From: Acidobacteriota bacterium | GTDB lineage: Bacteria > Acidobacteriota > UBA6911 > RPQK01 > JAJDTT01 | Reading direction: 5' to 3' | NCBI GenBank assembly: GCA_965203535.1 | Contig: OZ241897.1 | Location: forward strand, 3,179-67,178 | DNA length: 64,000 bases | Shown: piece after piece, positions 63,798 to 64,000 of the stretch | Position numbering within the stretch: the stretch's first letter is position 1 | Layout of the letters: each line of letters opens with the position of its first letter | The notes under the pieces: generated by a model | Databases searched by the model: none | Told to the model about the DNA's origin: nothing | The model's input: only the letters and a program-made list of their open reading frames with translations | Made by a program: the position numbers and the translations under genes

Positions 63798-64000
63798 TCA
63801 ATCGAGCGAACAAGTGTTAAGAGGAACAGACGCGATCTTTTCAGTCGATTGACTGTAACTCCCCTGGGCGCTGGCATGCTATCGACAGGACGACTGCTCC
63901 AAGAGTGAGCGGTTTCTTCGGCCTGAGTACACTTTCCCTTTTTTAATGATCCTTCTGTTTTTAAAGTCATTAATCAATGCTGCATCCCTCGTGTATAAGA

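Overview
High-GC (about 65%) bacterial chromosomal segment. The gene content points to Acidobacteriota: two GWxTD-domain proteins, a CarboxypepD_reg TonB-dependent receptor, and a PSCyt/DUF1549/DUF1553 + DUF1501 pair. Housekeeping-type genes (recQ, a sulfatase-like membrane enzyme, an HflK/C-like SPFH triad downstream of a P1B-type ATPase, an MFS transporter, YqgE/AlgH) are interspersed with accessory islets.

1. A decayed integrated element at about 7.07-9.54 kb, bounded by a 19-bp direct repeat and carrying tyrosine-integrase fragments.
2. An AT-rich-flanked AAA ATPase gene (15.2-16.8 kb).
3. A vapBC module with a TGACA operator array (22.6-23.4 kb).
4. higBA followed by a translationally coupled Dam-like methyltransferase / ParB-like nuclease-domain / PD-(D/E)xK-like operon (35.6-39.2 kb).
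5. A large, mostly co-directional defense island from about 45.1 kb to the window end. In order it contains: RadC + UvrD-helicase/RecB-nuclease; an AlbA_2 protein; a decayed Type III R-M (Mod reduced to its C-terminal motif-I region, an MNT-HEPN pair inserted, intact-looking Res); a PIN protein; a ubiquitin-like conjugation module (E2-like + JAB-E1 fusion + putative Ubl) split by an IS630-family insertion; and an HTH/ImmA (CapH/CapP-like) pair with a textbook sigma70 promoter and palindromic operator sitting upstream of a RecQ-helicase::ComFC-like PRTase fusion translationally coupled to a DprA/SLOG-domain protein.

The RecQ-PRTase + DprA-like pair and the IS-interrupted Ubl/E2/JAB-E1 module are the strongest candidates for under-described systems. 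No rRNA, tRNA or CRISPR arrays were recognised. All calls rest on reading ORF translations and motifs by eye; no database searches were run.
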